Assembly: GCF_006345805.1 (NCBI RefSeq)
Contig: NC_042999.1
Location: 160,332,001-160,396,000, forward strand
Reading direction: 5' to 3'
Length of the DNA: 64,000 nucleotides
From: Octopus sinensis
Lineage: Eukaryota
In this document: positions 1-12,667 of the stretch, piece by piece
Numbering within the stretch: position 1 is the first letter of the stretch
Layout of the letters: each line of letters begins with the position of its first letter
Program-made: the position numbers and the translations under genes
The notes under the pieces: model-generated
What the model saw: only the letters and a program-made list of their open reading frames with translations
Told to the model about the DNA's origin: nothing
Database searches by the model: none

Positions 1-51
1 TTGTGGTGCACCTGAGCACTGTATACAATAATTTCATTATTATTATTATTA
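1..51 (+). mobile_element. 3' end of a retroelement cut by the window edge, with (ATT)n tail
   Basis: Short unique sequence running into an (ATT)n tail. Confidence 0.35.
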
Positions 52-321
52 TACTACACGAAACATAAAACAACAATCTTCAGCTTTTGTAGAGGGCACC
101 ACTGACAATTCTCTAGTTTACCCCTGCCTTCCTATTGCCGGTCCTGCACAAACACAGTGAACTATCGTTGGATTGTACTAATAATTAGGGTGGACATCTA
201 TTCCAATTAAATGTCCGAGTTAACCGATGAAGTAGGGTTAATATTGTGGGTATTTATGATATTCAGGATATAAACACTCCATATTGAACGTAATAAACAT
301 TAATAAAGTTACAAAAAATGT

Positions 322-606
322 GGAGGCGCAATGGCCCAGTGGTTAGGACAGTGGACTCGCGGTCGGAGGATCGCAGTTTCGATTCCCAGACCGGGCTTTG
401 TGTGTGTTTATTGAGCGAAAACACCTAAAAGCTCCACGAAGCTCCGGCAGGAGGAGGCGGCGACCCCTGTTGTACTCTTTCGCCACAACTTTCTCTCACT
501 CTTTCTTCCTGTTTCTTGAGTAACGCTGCGATGGACTGGCGTCCCGTCCAGCTGGGGGCAACACATACTCCACAGAAACCGGGCTAGGCTTGAAAAGGGC
601 AAAAAA
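322..606 (+). mobile_element. tRNA-derived SINE, head A + tail beta
   Basis: GGAGGCGCAATGGCCCAGTGG head with A-box and B-box-like GTTTCGATTCC; head matches 28185-28570 and 51330-51717; tail (GCGATGGACTGGCGTCCCGTCCAG) matches 24233-24494. Confidence 0.85.
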
Positions 607-799
607 TACTTTAAACATCATGTAATTACACAAAATGCGTAAATAACTATTTTATAAAATTATAGCAAGTAAAAATCAAAAATTTAATACCGGAGAGTTA
701 ATTTTATTCACCTCCGGTAGGAGACAGAAGCTCGATATATTAGAGGGGACACAGGTAATACTTTGTCGCTATGAGTAGAATGAAAGCGACGAACTGGCA

Positions 800-990
800 T
801 ATTTGTTAAAGCGTTGGGAAATTGCTTTGTAGAATTTGTTCCTTGTTTATGCGTTCTGAGTTCAAATCTCGCCGAAGTCACTTCAACTTTCATTCTTTTG
901 AAGTCAATAGAAAAAAGTACCCGCATAATACTGGGATTGTCTAGTCTCACCGCCCTTAAAAATTGCTGGCCTTGTGCCTAAATTCGAGCT
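800..990 (+). mobile_element. Degenerate SINE C (old-type tail)
   Basis: GTTCTGAGTTCAAAT...AAATTGCTGGCCTTGTGCC similar to other C copies. Confidence 0.65.
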
Positions 991-2418
991 ATGATGACCC
1001 TCGTGGAGTTATCCACTCGAAGACATCTGAAATGTTTGAGGAGAAACTATGTCAAAAGCAAGTCGGTCATTAGTATCATCAGTAGGCTTAACAAACTGCA
1101 GCAAGGGTGGGAAGAATTGGTTTGAAGAATGAAGCGAGGTTCAGTTCTTGAACTTGCTGTTTGATACTGCTCCTAGATAATGAGTTCCTTTAAAGCAAGT
1201 CAATGTACGAAATTACATCATTAAATGTTTCTTGTACAACAGAGAGTTTTTGGGCAATGGTGGCTCGTCGCCTTCACCGGCCTTACTATCGCTGCTATTA
1301 CTTCTGTTTACTCTCACTATCTAGTATGCCTCTCTGTGTCTTCTAGCCAGATTCAGACAATGTCTTTTGTGCTACCTGTTTCACCTGTTTAGATGGTTTC
1401 CAAGCATTACTTGGAGTGGTAAACTTCTATAGCTTTCATAAATCATCAAACATTGAGTTTGTAGTTCTTGGCCTTCTCGTGAGTGCTTTTCTTCGTTGTC
1501 TTTTCTAAAAGCGTTCTCTTCTATCACCACGAAAACTTAAATATTTTCGTTGGTATAATTTCTTGCAAACTACAATTATACCTTGATACATTGGGTAGGA
1601 TCGTAGATAATACAAGGTGGTAAAAACATATACCTTATTTTATCGTCAAAACCGACAAGTTGGTGTTTAGCTGGGTGAGTATGTGCATTGTTTAAAATTT
1701 ATAGTACCTTCACCTCATGCGTAGAAAGTTTTAGAACAGCTTGCTATTTATACTCTGCATGAATGAAATGTCAGAAAAACTACACGTGCTGACTACAATT
1801 TCTTAGAATAGTAATAGTACGCTGGTAGCTGGTGCTGTCTTTCAAAATTCATGTGGGCGCACCTGACTTTCCACCATCACAAACTTTCAATACTGACTAC
1901 GTTCGCACAACACTGCGTCGAAAAAAGCTCCGTAATTAATTTACGATCATTCTTAAAATAGGAAATTAAGAGCCCTTTACAATTAATCACATCATTTAAC
2001 AACTTGAATAGTTTGACTTCCTCTGTTGGGACACAGCTAACTTCGCCTATTTTTATTATGTATTTTATGACCCATTCCATTCCAGTTAACCCTAACCCCT
2101 AGTAATAAGCCATCACAAGTTGCAAAATTCTTGATGCATGTGTGCCTAAATAGCCCAGGGAGTAGCACTTTTCATTTCTCCATCACTGACGTTGCTATCA
2201 CGGGATCGTTGGTGGAAAATCCGCTTTGTCATTGACACATTAAGATTCGAATCTATTTCAATAAAAATTTTTGCACCGCACATTTCATAAATATTAGCAA
2301 TTATCTCTTCATCACATTCTACTGTCTTAAAAAAAGGAAAAAAAAACAAAAAAAAACATTGCACAACGTATTCCAGGATATGAAAAGCAGGATGGTCACG
2401 ACTTTGATCCCAGATTTA

Positions 2419-2920
2419 CCGTAAATCCCCGAGTATGATCCGCATTATTCCCCCCAAATTTAAAGGTCAAAATCCCTAGTGCGTACTATATACGAGGTTA
2501 AAATGATATTTTCTAAGCAATGTCCGACTCTCTATTTGCTGTCCGGCAATGTTTATTCAGACGCATTTTGTGATGTCGGGCGCGAAAATACCTTAAGCTA
2601 AGCCTGAAAGCAATGAAGTCATAAAAGAATAATCCATAACTTGCAATAAGCAACATTTATTAAACATTATTACTGTTATTTATTTATTTTCTGCAAACAA
2701 AATGTACAAAAATGCTACACGTTTGCCTTATATGTACAATAATAATAAAGAACGTTACCGTATACATTTTTACAAACCAAGGACGTTATACAGCCCTCCT
2801 TGACTCAAGTTAGAGAAGGGGTGCGTATTATACACAAGGTTTAGGTTTTTCAGAGGAACAGCCCCCTAAAAATCCCCTGCGTATTATACTCAAGGGCGGA
2901 CGACACTCGAGGATTTACGG
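2419..2920. mobile_element. MITE of Tc1/mariner-pogo type
   Basis: TIRs CCGTAAATCCCCGAGT / ACTCGAGGATTTACGG, TA on both sides, subterminal GCGTATTATA repeats. Confidence 0.85.
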
Positions 2921-3361
2921 TATTCAATCAGGACTGAAGTTGAGCCAAACAGCTTTAACAACCTACTCCAATTTGTGCTTAACGTTCCCATATTCTTTTC
3001 GTTTCCTATGGTGCGTACGCTTCCTATTTCAACTGACTGTTTTTGACAACTTTAAATAGTTGTACACTTGCCCTATATTATTAGATTTTGCTTAAACACC
3101 ACTGCAGCAAAAGTTTTATTTGCCTCAGATTTCAGTTTCATATAACATCGTGCATTATACAATATCTTAATGCCTGGTAGTTTTGGTGCTTGACTTTTTA
3201 TTGTCCCAAAAAGCAAATTTGGGTTATTTATATTTCTTTCCATCATTATTTTCTACATCGATTTAATGATGTTGTTGTTCACACATGCACAAACTTATAC
3301 AAATAAACATGCATACACATTTATCACATACGTACTCGCGTACACGCATGCTCACACTCAC

Positions 3362-3410
3362 GTATGTGTGTATATACATATGTATGCATGCATGTATGTA
3401 TGTTTGTATG

Positions 3411-3489
<79 letters not shown>

Positions 3490-3554
3490 GAGTGTGCATG
3501 TATGTTTGAATATATGTATGCATGCATACATGCATACATACATACATACATACA

Positions 3555-3647
<93 letters not shown>

Positions 3648-3655
3648 TATATATA
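3362..3655. repeat. Compound microsatellite (TATG)/(TA)/(GA)/(CATA)
   Basis: Directly visible. Confidence 0.95.
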
Positions 3656-3731
3656 CAGGATTGACCAAAATGATGTAGACTCTTCTGATGTGAATACTAT
3701 AAGTTTCGAAAATCAATTAAGATTGTTTATA

Positions 3732-3894
3732 GGCGCAGGAGTGGCTGTGTGGTAAGTAGCTTGCTTACCAACCACATGGTTCCGGGTTCAGTCCCACTGC
3801 GTGGCACCTTGGGTAAGTGTCTTCTACTAAAGCCTCGGGCCAACCAGAGCCTTCTGAGTGGATTTGGTAGACGGAAGCTGAAAGAAGCCCGTCG

Positions 3895-3926
<32 letters not shown>

Positions 3927-4098
3927 ATGTTAGCGTGTCCCCCCAACATCGTTTGACAACCGATGCTGGTGTGTTTACATCCCCGTAATTTAGTGGTTCG
4001 GCAATAGAGACTGATAGAATAAGTCCTGGGTCGATTTGCTCGACTAAAGGCGGTGCTTCAGCATGGCCACAGCCAAATGACTGAAACAAGTAAAAGAA
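3732..4098 (+). mobile_element. tRNA-derived SINE B with internal microsatellite
   Basis: GGCGCAGGAGTGGCTGTGTGG head, GGTTCAGTCCC B-box-like, CORE-like ACCTTGGGYAAGT, tail GAAACAAGTAAAAG; about 15 copies in the window. Confidence 0.9.
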
Positions 4099-4150
4099 AC
4101 ATACATACATACATACATACATACATACATACATACATACATACATACAC

Positions 4151-4182
<32 letters not shown>

Positions 4183-4936
4183 ATATTCTAAATAAGCCCC
4201 TGGCTTTACAGACCAGAGGTAAAAAATACCTGTCGTAGAATGTATTCCTTTATTCGAGGGAGTGAGACTTCTCTCCAAGTTCAGTTGCCTTCATGTTTTC
4301 CATTTACATACATTACCAAGAAACAATATTATTAAGGTAAACTTTGCTGCGCTGCGTTAGCAATATGTATTGTTCAGTTTTTATTTCCCCTTGTTACATT
4401 GAGCTTTGCTCTTGTGGCAGCTAGTGACCATCTCCTGTTTTTGGATTCATGCAAATAATCTTGAACTTTACATCTTAGGAGGTAAATGACGAAACTGCAT
4501 GATAGACTTCTGTTGTTTGATTTATGTCTTCTGTGATCAGTATTTTCATAATTTTGCGCAGCCTTCTTGGTGAAATTATGTGTTTCAGTTTAATTTACCA
4601 ATCTTTCACTCTGAAGATCCGAAGTGTACTTTATTCATGCCACCGAGTTAAATTCATGTAAGGTTATTTTTAGGCTGAATTTATTTCATGACTGTCAATA
4701 AAATTTAGTAAGAATGATGTTACCGGAGTGTGTCGATTGGTCGATGAAAATTAAAGGATATTTTTTTTTTTTATTATTCAGAATCTTTGTAGATATTCTA
4801 AAAGAAAATCACAAAGAATTTCGTCATGACTTAGTTCATAAATCCGTGCTAAGTTTGACTCAGAGGCTTAATGGATCAAACAAATTATTTCTCGATACAA
4901 ATGACTCACGTGATTATTATGTGATTTTAAGAACAT

Positions 4937-5039
4937 ATGCGAGCAAAAATAAGCCCAGGCAAAGCAGCTGTTGATGAAAATCGAAAGTTTTTCTCAGACG
5001 ATAAAATAAATAATAAAGAAATGACGAATCCAGGCAATC
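4937..5039 (+). other. Candidate host exon segment (ATG to GTAAG donor; acceptor at 4781)
   Basis: Poly-T+CAG acceptor at 4781; 34 open codons MRAKISPGKAAVDENRKFF...; donor C|GTAAGA; no recognisable homology. Confidence 0.2.
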
Positions 5040-5669
5040 GTAAGAATATAAATAAACCAAATATTTCAGTTCAAAAAGGCTACAGCTTGTACATGTTAAC
5101 AGACACAAGAAGGTAGGAGAGGCGTGGCTGGTTTGCCATAAAATTAAACGATTATTTTGTTGACATTAATAATTGTTTTATATAAATTAGAGCCAACTCT
5201 CAAATTATCTGGATATCAGAGTGTAAATAGTTCGCAGTTGTTGTTGTTGCTGTTGTGATGGTGGTCGTGGTGGTGGTGGGTGATGGTATGTGGTGGTGGA
5301 TGTTGTTGTTGTCCTTTTGCTCCAGATCAATCCTCATTGAGCAAACCTGTGAAGAAAAGCATTCCATCCTTGACTATCCCACCTCTTTTGGTATATCTCG
5401 AACGACATTATGCCGAGCCTTCTGCCTGGTATAAAGTTGATTAGAAGGACTTCAAATGTTATTTCCAGTAGATCGACCTACAACACAGAAACGTCTTTGG
5501 CTTACACAATACAATATCAGGCACAGCAACAACTAATACCTGTAAGAAACAAATGCTCCATACAACTGAAGTAAAGCCAACTTCAAATCTTCTCATCAGT
5601 ATTCACTGGTTCCTTACATTTATTACTGAAAACAAGCTTCAAGACAAGATTTTCAGATCTTGTCTTTCT

Positions 5670-5880
5670 TTTTTATCTTTTACTTGTTTCAGTCATTAGG
5701 TTGCGGCCATGCTGGAGTATCGCCTCGAAGAATTTTTAGTCGAATGAATCGAATCGACCCCAGTACTTTTTTTTAATTCAAAGCCTGGAACATATTCTAT
5801 CGGTCTCCTTTGCCGAACCCTAAGTGACAGGAATGTAAACACACGAAGACCGGTTGTCAAGCGGTGGTGGGGACAAAGAC
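5670..5880 (-). mobile_element. SINE B 3' half
   Basis: Reverse complement of the SINE B tail. Confidence 0.85.
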
Positions 5881-5944
5881 AGGCTTAAAACACACGCGCA
5901 CACACACACACATACATACATACATACATACATACATACATACA

Positions 5945-5976
<32 letters not shown>

Positions 5977-5995
5977 ATATATATATATATATATA

Positions 5996-6436
5996 GGTGC
6001 AGAAGTGGCTGTGTGGTAAGAAGTTTGCTACCCAGCCACATGGTTCTGGGTTCAATCCCACTGCGTGGCATCTTGGGCAAGTGTCTTCTACTATAGCCTC
6101 GGGCCGACACACAGGTGGATTTGGTTGACGGAAACTGAAAAGAAGCTCGTCGTATATATATATGTGTGTGTGTGTGTATGCGCGTGTGTGTGTCTGTGTG
6201 TGTCTGTGTGTATTTATGTGCGTTTTTGTGTCTGTGTTCGTCCCCCCAACATCACTTGACAACCGACATTGGTGTGTTTGTCCCCGTAACTTAGCGGCTC
6301 GGCAAAAGAGATCGATAGAATAAATACCGGGATTACAAAGAATGTGTCCTGGGGTCGATTTCCTCGACTGAAAAAGACGGTGTTCCAGCATGGCCGCAGT
6401 CAAATGAGTGAAACAAGTAAAAGAGTAAAAGAATAA
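5996..6436 (+). mobile_element. SINE B, full length
   Basis: Head, internal (TG)n and tail as in other copies. Confidence 0.9.
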
Positions 6437-6460
6437 AATATATATATATATATGTATAAA

Positions 6461-6747
6461 TAAATGAAAGAATGGAGTCGAACGAAGATGTTAACAAAAT
6501 TCCTTTACTCTCGACACATGTTTCGAAGACAGCATGTTTTCATTCCAAAGGAATAAAGGGTGCATTATGCAATCTTCTCATCAGGAAAGAAAGGGAGCCT
6601 CTCTCGACAAGAAGACAAACAAAATTTTCGATGATTGCCTACAATCGCTTCAACCGTGTTTCTGACGTGAATTTGCTACCCAGGTTTCGGTTAAACGAAT
6701 TTTCCATGCTGACGATAAACATAGGATAATTCATTCACCTACTTAAA
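6461..6747 (-). mobile_element. Penelope-like terminal (pLTR) fragment between (TA)n tracts
   Basis: TA tracts on both sides; contains a hammerhead fold. Confidence 0.55.
6508..6589 (-). ncRNA. Type I hammerhead ribozyme
   Basis: Minus strand: CUUUC-CUGAUGA-GAAGAUUGCA...UGCUGUCUUC-GAAA-CAUGU-GUC-GAGAG; canonical core, stems I and II pair, stem III is short with a palindromic ACAUGU. Confidence 0.8.
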
Positions 6748-6838
6748 TATATATATATATATACGATGGACTTTTACCAAATCCACTCACAAGGCGCACA
6801 CAAACGAACGAATGACTAATAGTTCTTACAACTAATAC

Positions 6839-7070
6839 CTATTTCTTTATTACCCACAAGGGGCTAAACACAGAGGGAACGAACAAGGACAGACATAGGT
6901 ATTAAGTCGATTACATCGACCCCAGTGCGTAACTGGTACATTATTTATCGACCCCGAAAGGATGAAAGGCAAAGTCGACCTCGGCGGAATTTGAACTCAG
7001 AACGCAGCGGCGGACGAAATACTGCAAAACATTTCGCCCGGCGTGCTAACGATTCTGCCAGCTCGCCGCC
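6839..7070 (-). mobile_element. SINE C monomer with 13-bp TSD
   Basis: TSD TTACAACTAATAC at 6826-6838 and 7071-7083; central GCCTTTCATCCTTTCGGGGTCGATAAA (resembles the Meta-SINE domain, from memory). Confidence 0.9.
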
Positions 7071-7406
7071 TTACAACTAATACAGTCATATCCAAGGTTT
7101 AGTTACACTGTGAAGTATTTATCTAGGTACCAAAGTCAGTGACCTTCAACAAGCTTCTTAATTTTTTTTTTCTTCAGTGTTTCAAAATATTAAAATTCCA
7201 ATTGTCATTTATTTTCTCCGAAATCAATAAAATTTCTATCTTAGTTTATAGAAGACAAAATGGCTGAAATCGCACTGATTGTATCAAGAAAAATAAAGAC
7301 TTCGTGGTTAGTAAAGAAAAAGGCTCGTTGTTATATTAAAGCTTCCCTCCTATCTAGAGACTAGGCGAAGAGCAATATGGAACTTGAAAGGACTCGAACT
7401 TAACTA

Positions 7407-7727
7407 ACTGGCACTCCGTCGGTTGCGACGACGAGGGTTCCAGTTGATCCGATCAACAGAACAGCCTGCTCGCGAAATTAACGTGCAAGTGGATGGGTAC
7501 TCCACAGACACTCGTACCCTTAATGTAGTTCTCGGGGAGATGCAACGTGACACAGAATGTGACGAGGTTGGCCCTCTGAGATATTGATACTACTCATTTC
7601 TCATTTTTGCCAGTTGAGTGGACTGGAGCAACGTGAAATAAAGCGTCTTGCTCAAGGATACAACGCGACGCCAGGAATCGAACTCACTACTGTGAGCCGA
7701 ACACCCGAGCAACTAAGCCACGCGCAT
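7407..7727 (-). mobile_element. SINE head D + tail alpha
   Basis: Reverse match to 22402-22723. Confidence 0.8.
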
Positions 7728-7833
7728 TCACCACAGCACTTAGTTCACGCAATGGTTTTATATTTGAATGAATGTTCACATCGGAATTCTATGGAGATAT
7801 TGATATCTAACGTTGATACCATTATAACATTAA

Positions 7834-8065
7834 GGCGGCGAGCTGGCTGAAACGTTAGCACGCCGGGCGAAAGGCATAGCCGTATTTCGTCTGCAGTTAC
7901 GTTCTGAGTTCAAATTCCGCCGAGGTCGACTTTGCCTTTCATCCTTTCGGGGTCGATAAATTAAGTACCAGTTACGCACTGGGGTCGATGTAATCGACTT
8001 AATACCTATGTCTGTCCGTGTTTGTCCCCTCTGTGTTTGGCCCCTTGTGGGTAGTAAAGAAATAG
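7834..8065 (+). mobile_element. SINE C monomer
   Basis: GGCGGCGAGCTGGC head to AAAGAAATAG tail. Confidence 0.9.
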
Positions 8066-8199
8066 GTATCTAACATTGATGCAGAGGCACAAATTCGTTG
8101 GAGGATGGGCCTGGTCGAATAAATCAAGCAAGTAGTTAACAGGTCCTAAAACTGATCGACTCCATAGTGATGAAACGTGAAGTATATCTTCTTTCTATC

Positions 8200-8548
8200 T
8201 TTATCTTTTACTTGTTTCAGTCATTTGACTGCGGCCATGCTGGAGCACCGCCTTTAGTCGAGCAAATCGACCCCGGGACTTATTCTTTGTAAGCCCAGTA
8301 CTTATTCTATCGGTCTCTTTTGCCGAACCGCTAAGTGACGGGGACGTAAACACACCAGCATCGGTTGTCAAGCAATGCTAGGGGGACAAACACACAAACA
8401 CACACACATATATATATACATACATATATACGACAGGCTTCTTTCAGTTTCCGTCTACCAAATCCACTCACAAGGCATTGGTCGGCCCGGGGCTATAGCA
8501 GAAGACACTTGCCCAAGATGCCACGCAGTGGGACTGAACCCGGAGCCA
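8200..8548 (-). mobile_element. SINE B, 5' truncated
   Basis: Reverse match to SINE B. Confidence 0.88.
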
Positions 8549-9007
8549 TAGAAAGATTTTAGAACTTAGGAGGCAGAGGGCTTCTATGATGTTCTACTAT
8601 TTCTGTCATTCCATCGCCTTTAAACACTATAATGAGATTAAAAGAGAAACCAAAATCGGCAGATACGTGGCAATGGAATACACACACACACACAAACGCA
8701 CACACAGAGATATTGAAAAAGAGATAGGTAGATAGATGCAAATGTGCACGTATCAGTGGGAGAGAGAGAGAGAGAGAGAGGAGGGAAAGGCGGAAAGAGA
8801 GGGAGACAGACAGTAGTGGGGGGGGGAAAGTTACGTAGTAAATCTCATTCTTCCTGAAACTCTCACCAATGCCCCATTGAACATCCGCACTGCTGGTGGT
8901 TATCAAACACAACGATCGTCTCCTCTCTTGAAGTTCTCACGCTCAGAATTGAGGACAGCTGTTTTGAGGTCTTTTAGAAAAGGGAGAAAACTATGAAAAC
9001 ATTAAGC

Positions 9008-9050
<43 letters not shown>

Positions 9051-9451
9051 CACACACACACACTTAGAAACACACGCTCATTCTTACACACAGTCGCGCA
9101 CACACACACGAGTTTTCCTCACCTATTTACATATTTTACGTGCAGAGAGTTTAAATTATCCATGCACACTTTCTTTGTTTATATTCACAGAAATTCTATT
9201 GCCCCAACCGTACTGATACGCTTTCTAATGGGCTTTCTATACTTTACACACACACACGCGCGCGCGCGCGCGAAAGCTGATGCGCGCTCATATGCTCACA
9301 CACTGAAAACGGCCATGAATAAATATAAACGATTTCATACCCACGCGACGACCAACCCACGCAGGCGCATTAGCAATGATGCTGCCCGCCTACACATTCA
9401 CTGCCATACATATACAGATGAATATATATACAAACACATGAATGTGCAAAT

Positions 9452-9514
<63 letters not shown>

Positions 9515-9532
9515 TGTGTGTGTTTGTGTGTT

Positions 9533-10009
9533 CTTTTATTCTTTTACTTGTTTCAGCCATTTGACTGCTGCCACTCTGGAGCAAGGCCTTGAAGGGTTTT
9601 GTTCGAAGAAATCGACCTCAGGACTTATTATTTGTTTTAAAAGCCTAGTACTTATTCTGTCGGCCTCTGTGGCCGAACCGCTAGGTTACGGGGACGTAAA
9701 TACGCCAACACCGGTTGTCAAACGGTGATGTGGTGGGTGGCACACACAGACACAAAAGCATACACACATTGATATATTAATACACACACGCACGCACACA
9801 CACACATGCATATATATGTATACATATATATATATATATATATATACGACGGGCTTCTTTCAGTTTCCTTCTACCAAATCCACTCGCAAGACTTAAGTCG
9901 GCCCGAGGCTATAGTAGAAAATACTTGCCCAATGTGTCACGCAGTGGGACTGAACCCGGAACTATGTGGTTGGGATGTAAACTTCTTACTACATAGCTAC
10001 GCCTGCGCC
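9533..10009 (-). mobile_element. SINE B, full length, directly downstream of the U6 copy
   Basis: Head GGCGCAGGCGTAGC begins at 10009 on the minus strand. Confidence 0.88.
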
Positions 10010-10015
10010 TATTTG

Positions 10016-10121
10016 AAAAATATGGAACGCTTCTCGAATGTGTATGTCATTCTTGCGCAGGGCCATGTTAACCTTCTCTGTATCGTTCCAATTTTAGTAC
10101 AGGTACAGCCGAAGCATGTAT
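10016..10121 (-). pseudogene. U6: U6 snRNA retrocopy (full length, diverged)
   Basis: Minus strand reads ...GCTTCGGC...TACTAAAATTGGAACGATACAGAGAAG...CATGGCCCTGCGCAAG...GAAGCGTTCCATATTTTT; includes the ACAGAGA box; several substitutions; (TA)n upstream instead of a promoter. Confidence 0.93.
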
Positions 10122-10123
10122 GC

Positions 10124-10165
<42 letters not shown>

Positions 10166-10192
10166 AAATGTACAGAAAAACAAATGAGGAAG

Positions 10193-10261
<69 letters not shown>

Positions 10262-10267
<6 letters not shown>

Positions 10268-10544
10268 AATCACGTGACCGACCAGGTCATCAAATGTTGG
10301 TACACATCGCTGGTCACAATGCGCTTCGCATTGTTTTAGCCTTCAATGACGCCACCCCCCGCTGGCTAAGCGAGCAGGCCAACAGAAGAAAGAGAGAAGG
10401 TTGTGGTGAAAGAGTACAGCAGGGAGCCTTGTGGAACTTTTAGGTGTTTTCGCTGAATAAACACTCACAACGCTCCGTCTGGGAATCGAAACCGCGATCC
10501 TACGACCGCGGGTCCGCTGCCCTAACCACTGGGCCATTGCGCCT

Positions 10545-10547
<3 letters not shown>
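10262..10547 (-). mobile_element. SINE head A + tail delta
   Basis: Head A at 10420-10547; distinct tail, with a fragment of it also at about 51881-51927. Confidence 0.8.
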
Positions 10548-10592
<45 letters not shown>

Positions 10593-11213
10593 ATGTGTGT
10601 GTGTATGGGCATGTATATACACACACATATATATATATATGTATATACATATGCATACATATGTGTGTGTGTGTGTGTGAGGTGGAGTATATGTATGAGC
10701 GTTTGTGTGTGTGCGTACGTGCTTTCATGCGTGTGTGCACGAAAGAGGTTAAACTGGCAGTATCGTTAGAGCAATGGATACAATAAATGTCTTACGTTAT
10801 TAGGTTCCAATCCAGCCGAAGTCAACTTTGCCCTTTAACCTTCCGACGTCGTTAAATAAATTACTAGTACAAGCGTTAACCTGTCTGTCTGTCTGTCTCT
10901 GCCTCTCTCTCTCTCTCTCTCTCTCACTCTCTCTCTCATGTACTGATATTTTTTTTTATTTCCCTGTCCCGTGATAGTGTCGTCTGCTCATTTTGTTTGT
11001 TGATGTGATAGCATGCCATCAACTTTGTCACCCACCCCTATTCTTATTATTTTCTTTTCTCTTTATACGCTTCTTTAGCTATTACTTAATCACCACCTCT
11101 CGTTTTCTGAATACGCACACACACACACACACACAAGCACACACATATACTTATATACATACACACTGGCATGCACTTGTACAACGAATGTTCATCTCTT
11201 TCCAATATGTATT

Positions 11214-11445
11214 TGTTTCTTTACTACCCCACAAGGGGCTAAACACAGAGAGGACAAACAAGGACAGACAAATGGATTAAGTCGATTATATCGACTCCAG
11301 TGCGTAACTGGTACTTAATTTATCGACCCCGAAAGGATGAAAGGCAAAGTCGACCTCGGCGGAATTTGAACTCAGACCGTAAGGGCAGACGAAATACGGC
11401 TACGCATTTCGCCCGGCGTGCTAACGTTTCTGCCAGCTCGCCGCC
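11214..11445 (-). mobile_element. SINE C monomer
   Basis: Reverse match; TCCAATAT-like TSD on both sides. Confidence 0.9.
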
Positions 11446-12005
11446 CTCCAATATATATTGTTCTTTTAACACAGCTTGTCTATAACAGACGTTATATCAA
11501 AGCGAGTACCGAAGTAACTGGATGTTCAAAGTGCATGTACATTAAGTATGATACATATATGACTATTTTAATTTGATACTGTCTTTATTTTATACCGAAT
11601 TTATATTAAGATGGGCTGTTATTCACAACACCAGAGAATATTTTATTGACAATTTTCCAATATCTGAGGCGATGAATTCTCGTCCAAGCATCGTGGCTGC
11701 GAAAACGCGCTAATGAAAAGGCCTAAAAAGAGCGAAATGCACTTGGCTTTCTCGCTGGCCGCTGTGGGACGAATTTTCCTCTCCCTCCAGTATTTATTGT
11801 GATTTTATCACAACACGTCCATAAGAGATGTTATTTCAGGACATGTAACTGGCCTACCAACAGCGTATACACTTTGAGTGTAGTACACACACACATTGAC
11901 ACACAAGCGTGCGCACACACAGACACACATATGTGTATGTACATTTAAGTGTGTGTGTGAGGGGATTTGTTAATTATGTTACATAGATAGGTATACATAT
12001 AGGCG

Positions 12006-12044
<39 letters not shown>

Positions 12045-12175
12045 CTACATATATACACATATACTTACACACACACCCATACATATATCTAAATACATAC
12101 TAACACACATGTATGTATGCATGCATACATACATACGCACGTATATGCATGTATACATTCATACATACAAACATA

Positions 12176-12206
<31 letters not shown>

Positions 12207-12667
12207 CATACATACATGCATGCATGCATGCGTGTATGCATGGATGAATGCATGCATACATAATACATATTAAGTGAAGCACCCACAGAGCTTCTCCACT
12301 GCCTGATGAAAATGTATTTAGAGACGGAATATGGCAGTATCCTTAGCACCTGTTAACCATGAGTATTAGTATAATCAGAGGTGAATTAACAGAGCGTCAC
12401 CCACAGTAAACAAAGAGTAGACACAACCATCTGGCACTACGGGTGCTTTGAATGTAGCCCATTCAGGTACGAGCATTTCAGCCAGGTCAACAGTTTAAGG
12501 AAACTGTTCTTCTTCCATCCCTCGTGGCTCGGAACCCGACTGTAGGGTCTGTAGCAGATTCGAAACCCAGTCACTAGTAGCCGTGTAGACATAACGGCTT
12601 AGCCACAGTCGTTGCAAGTGATCGGCCGATTAAGTGACTAATCAGCGTCAAGCCGTCGCATCATTCG

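Noticed and set aside
322-395. tRNA gene calls at SINE heads
   Set aside because: Heads continue into SINE bodies with TSDs and lack a complete cloverleaf
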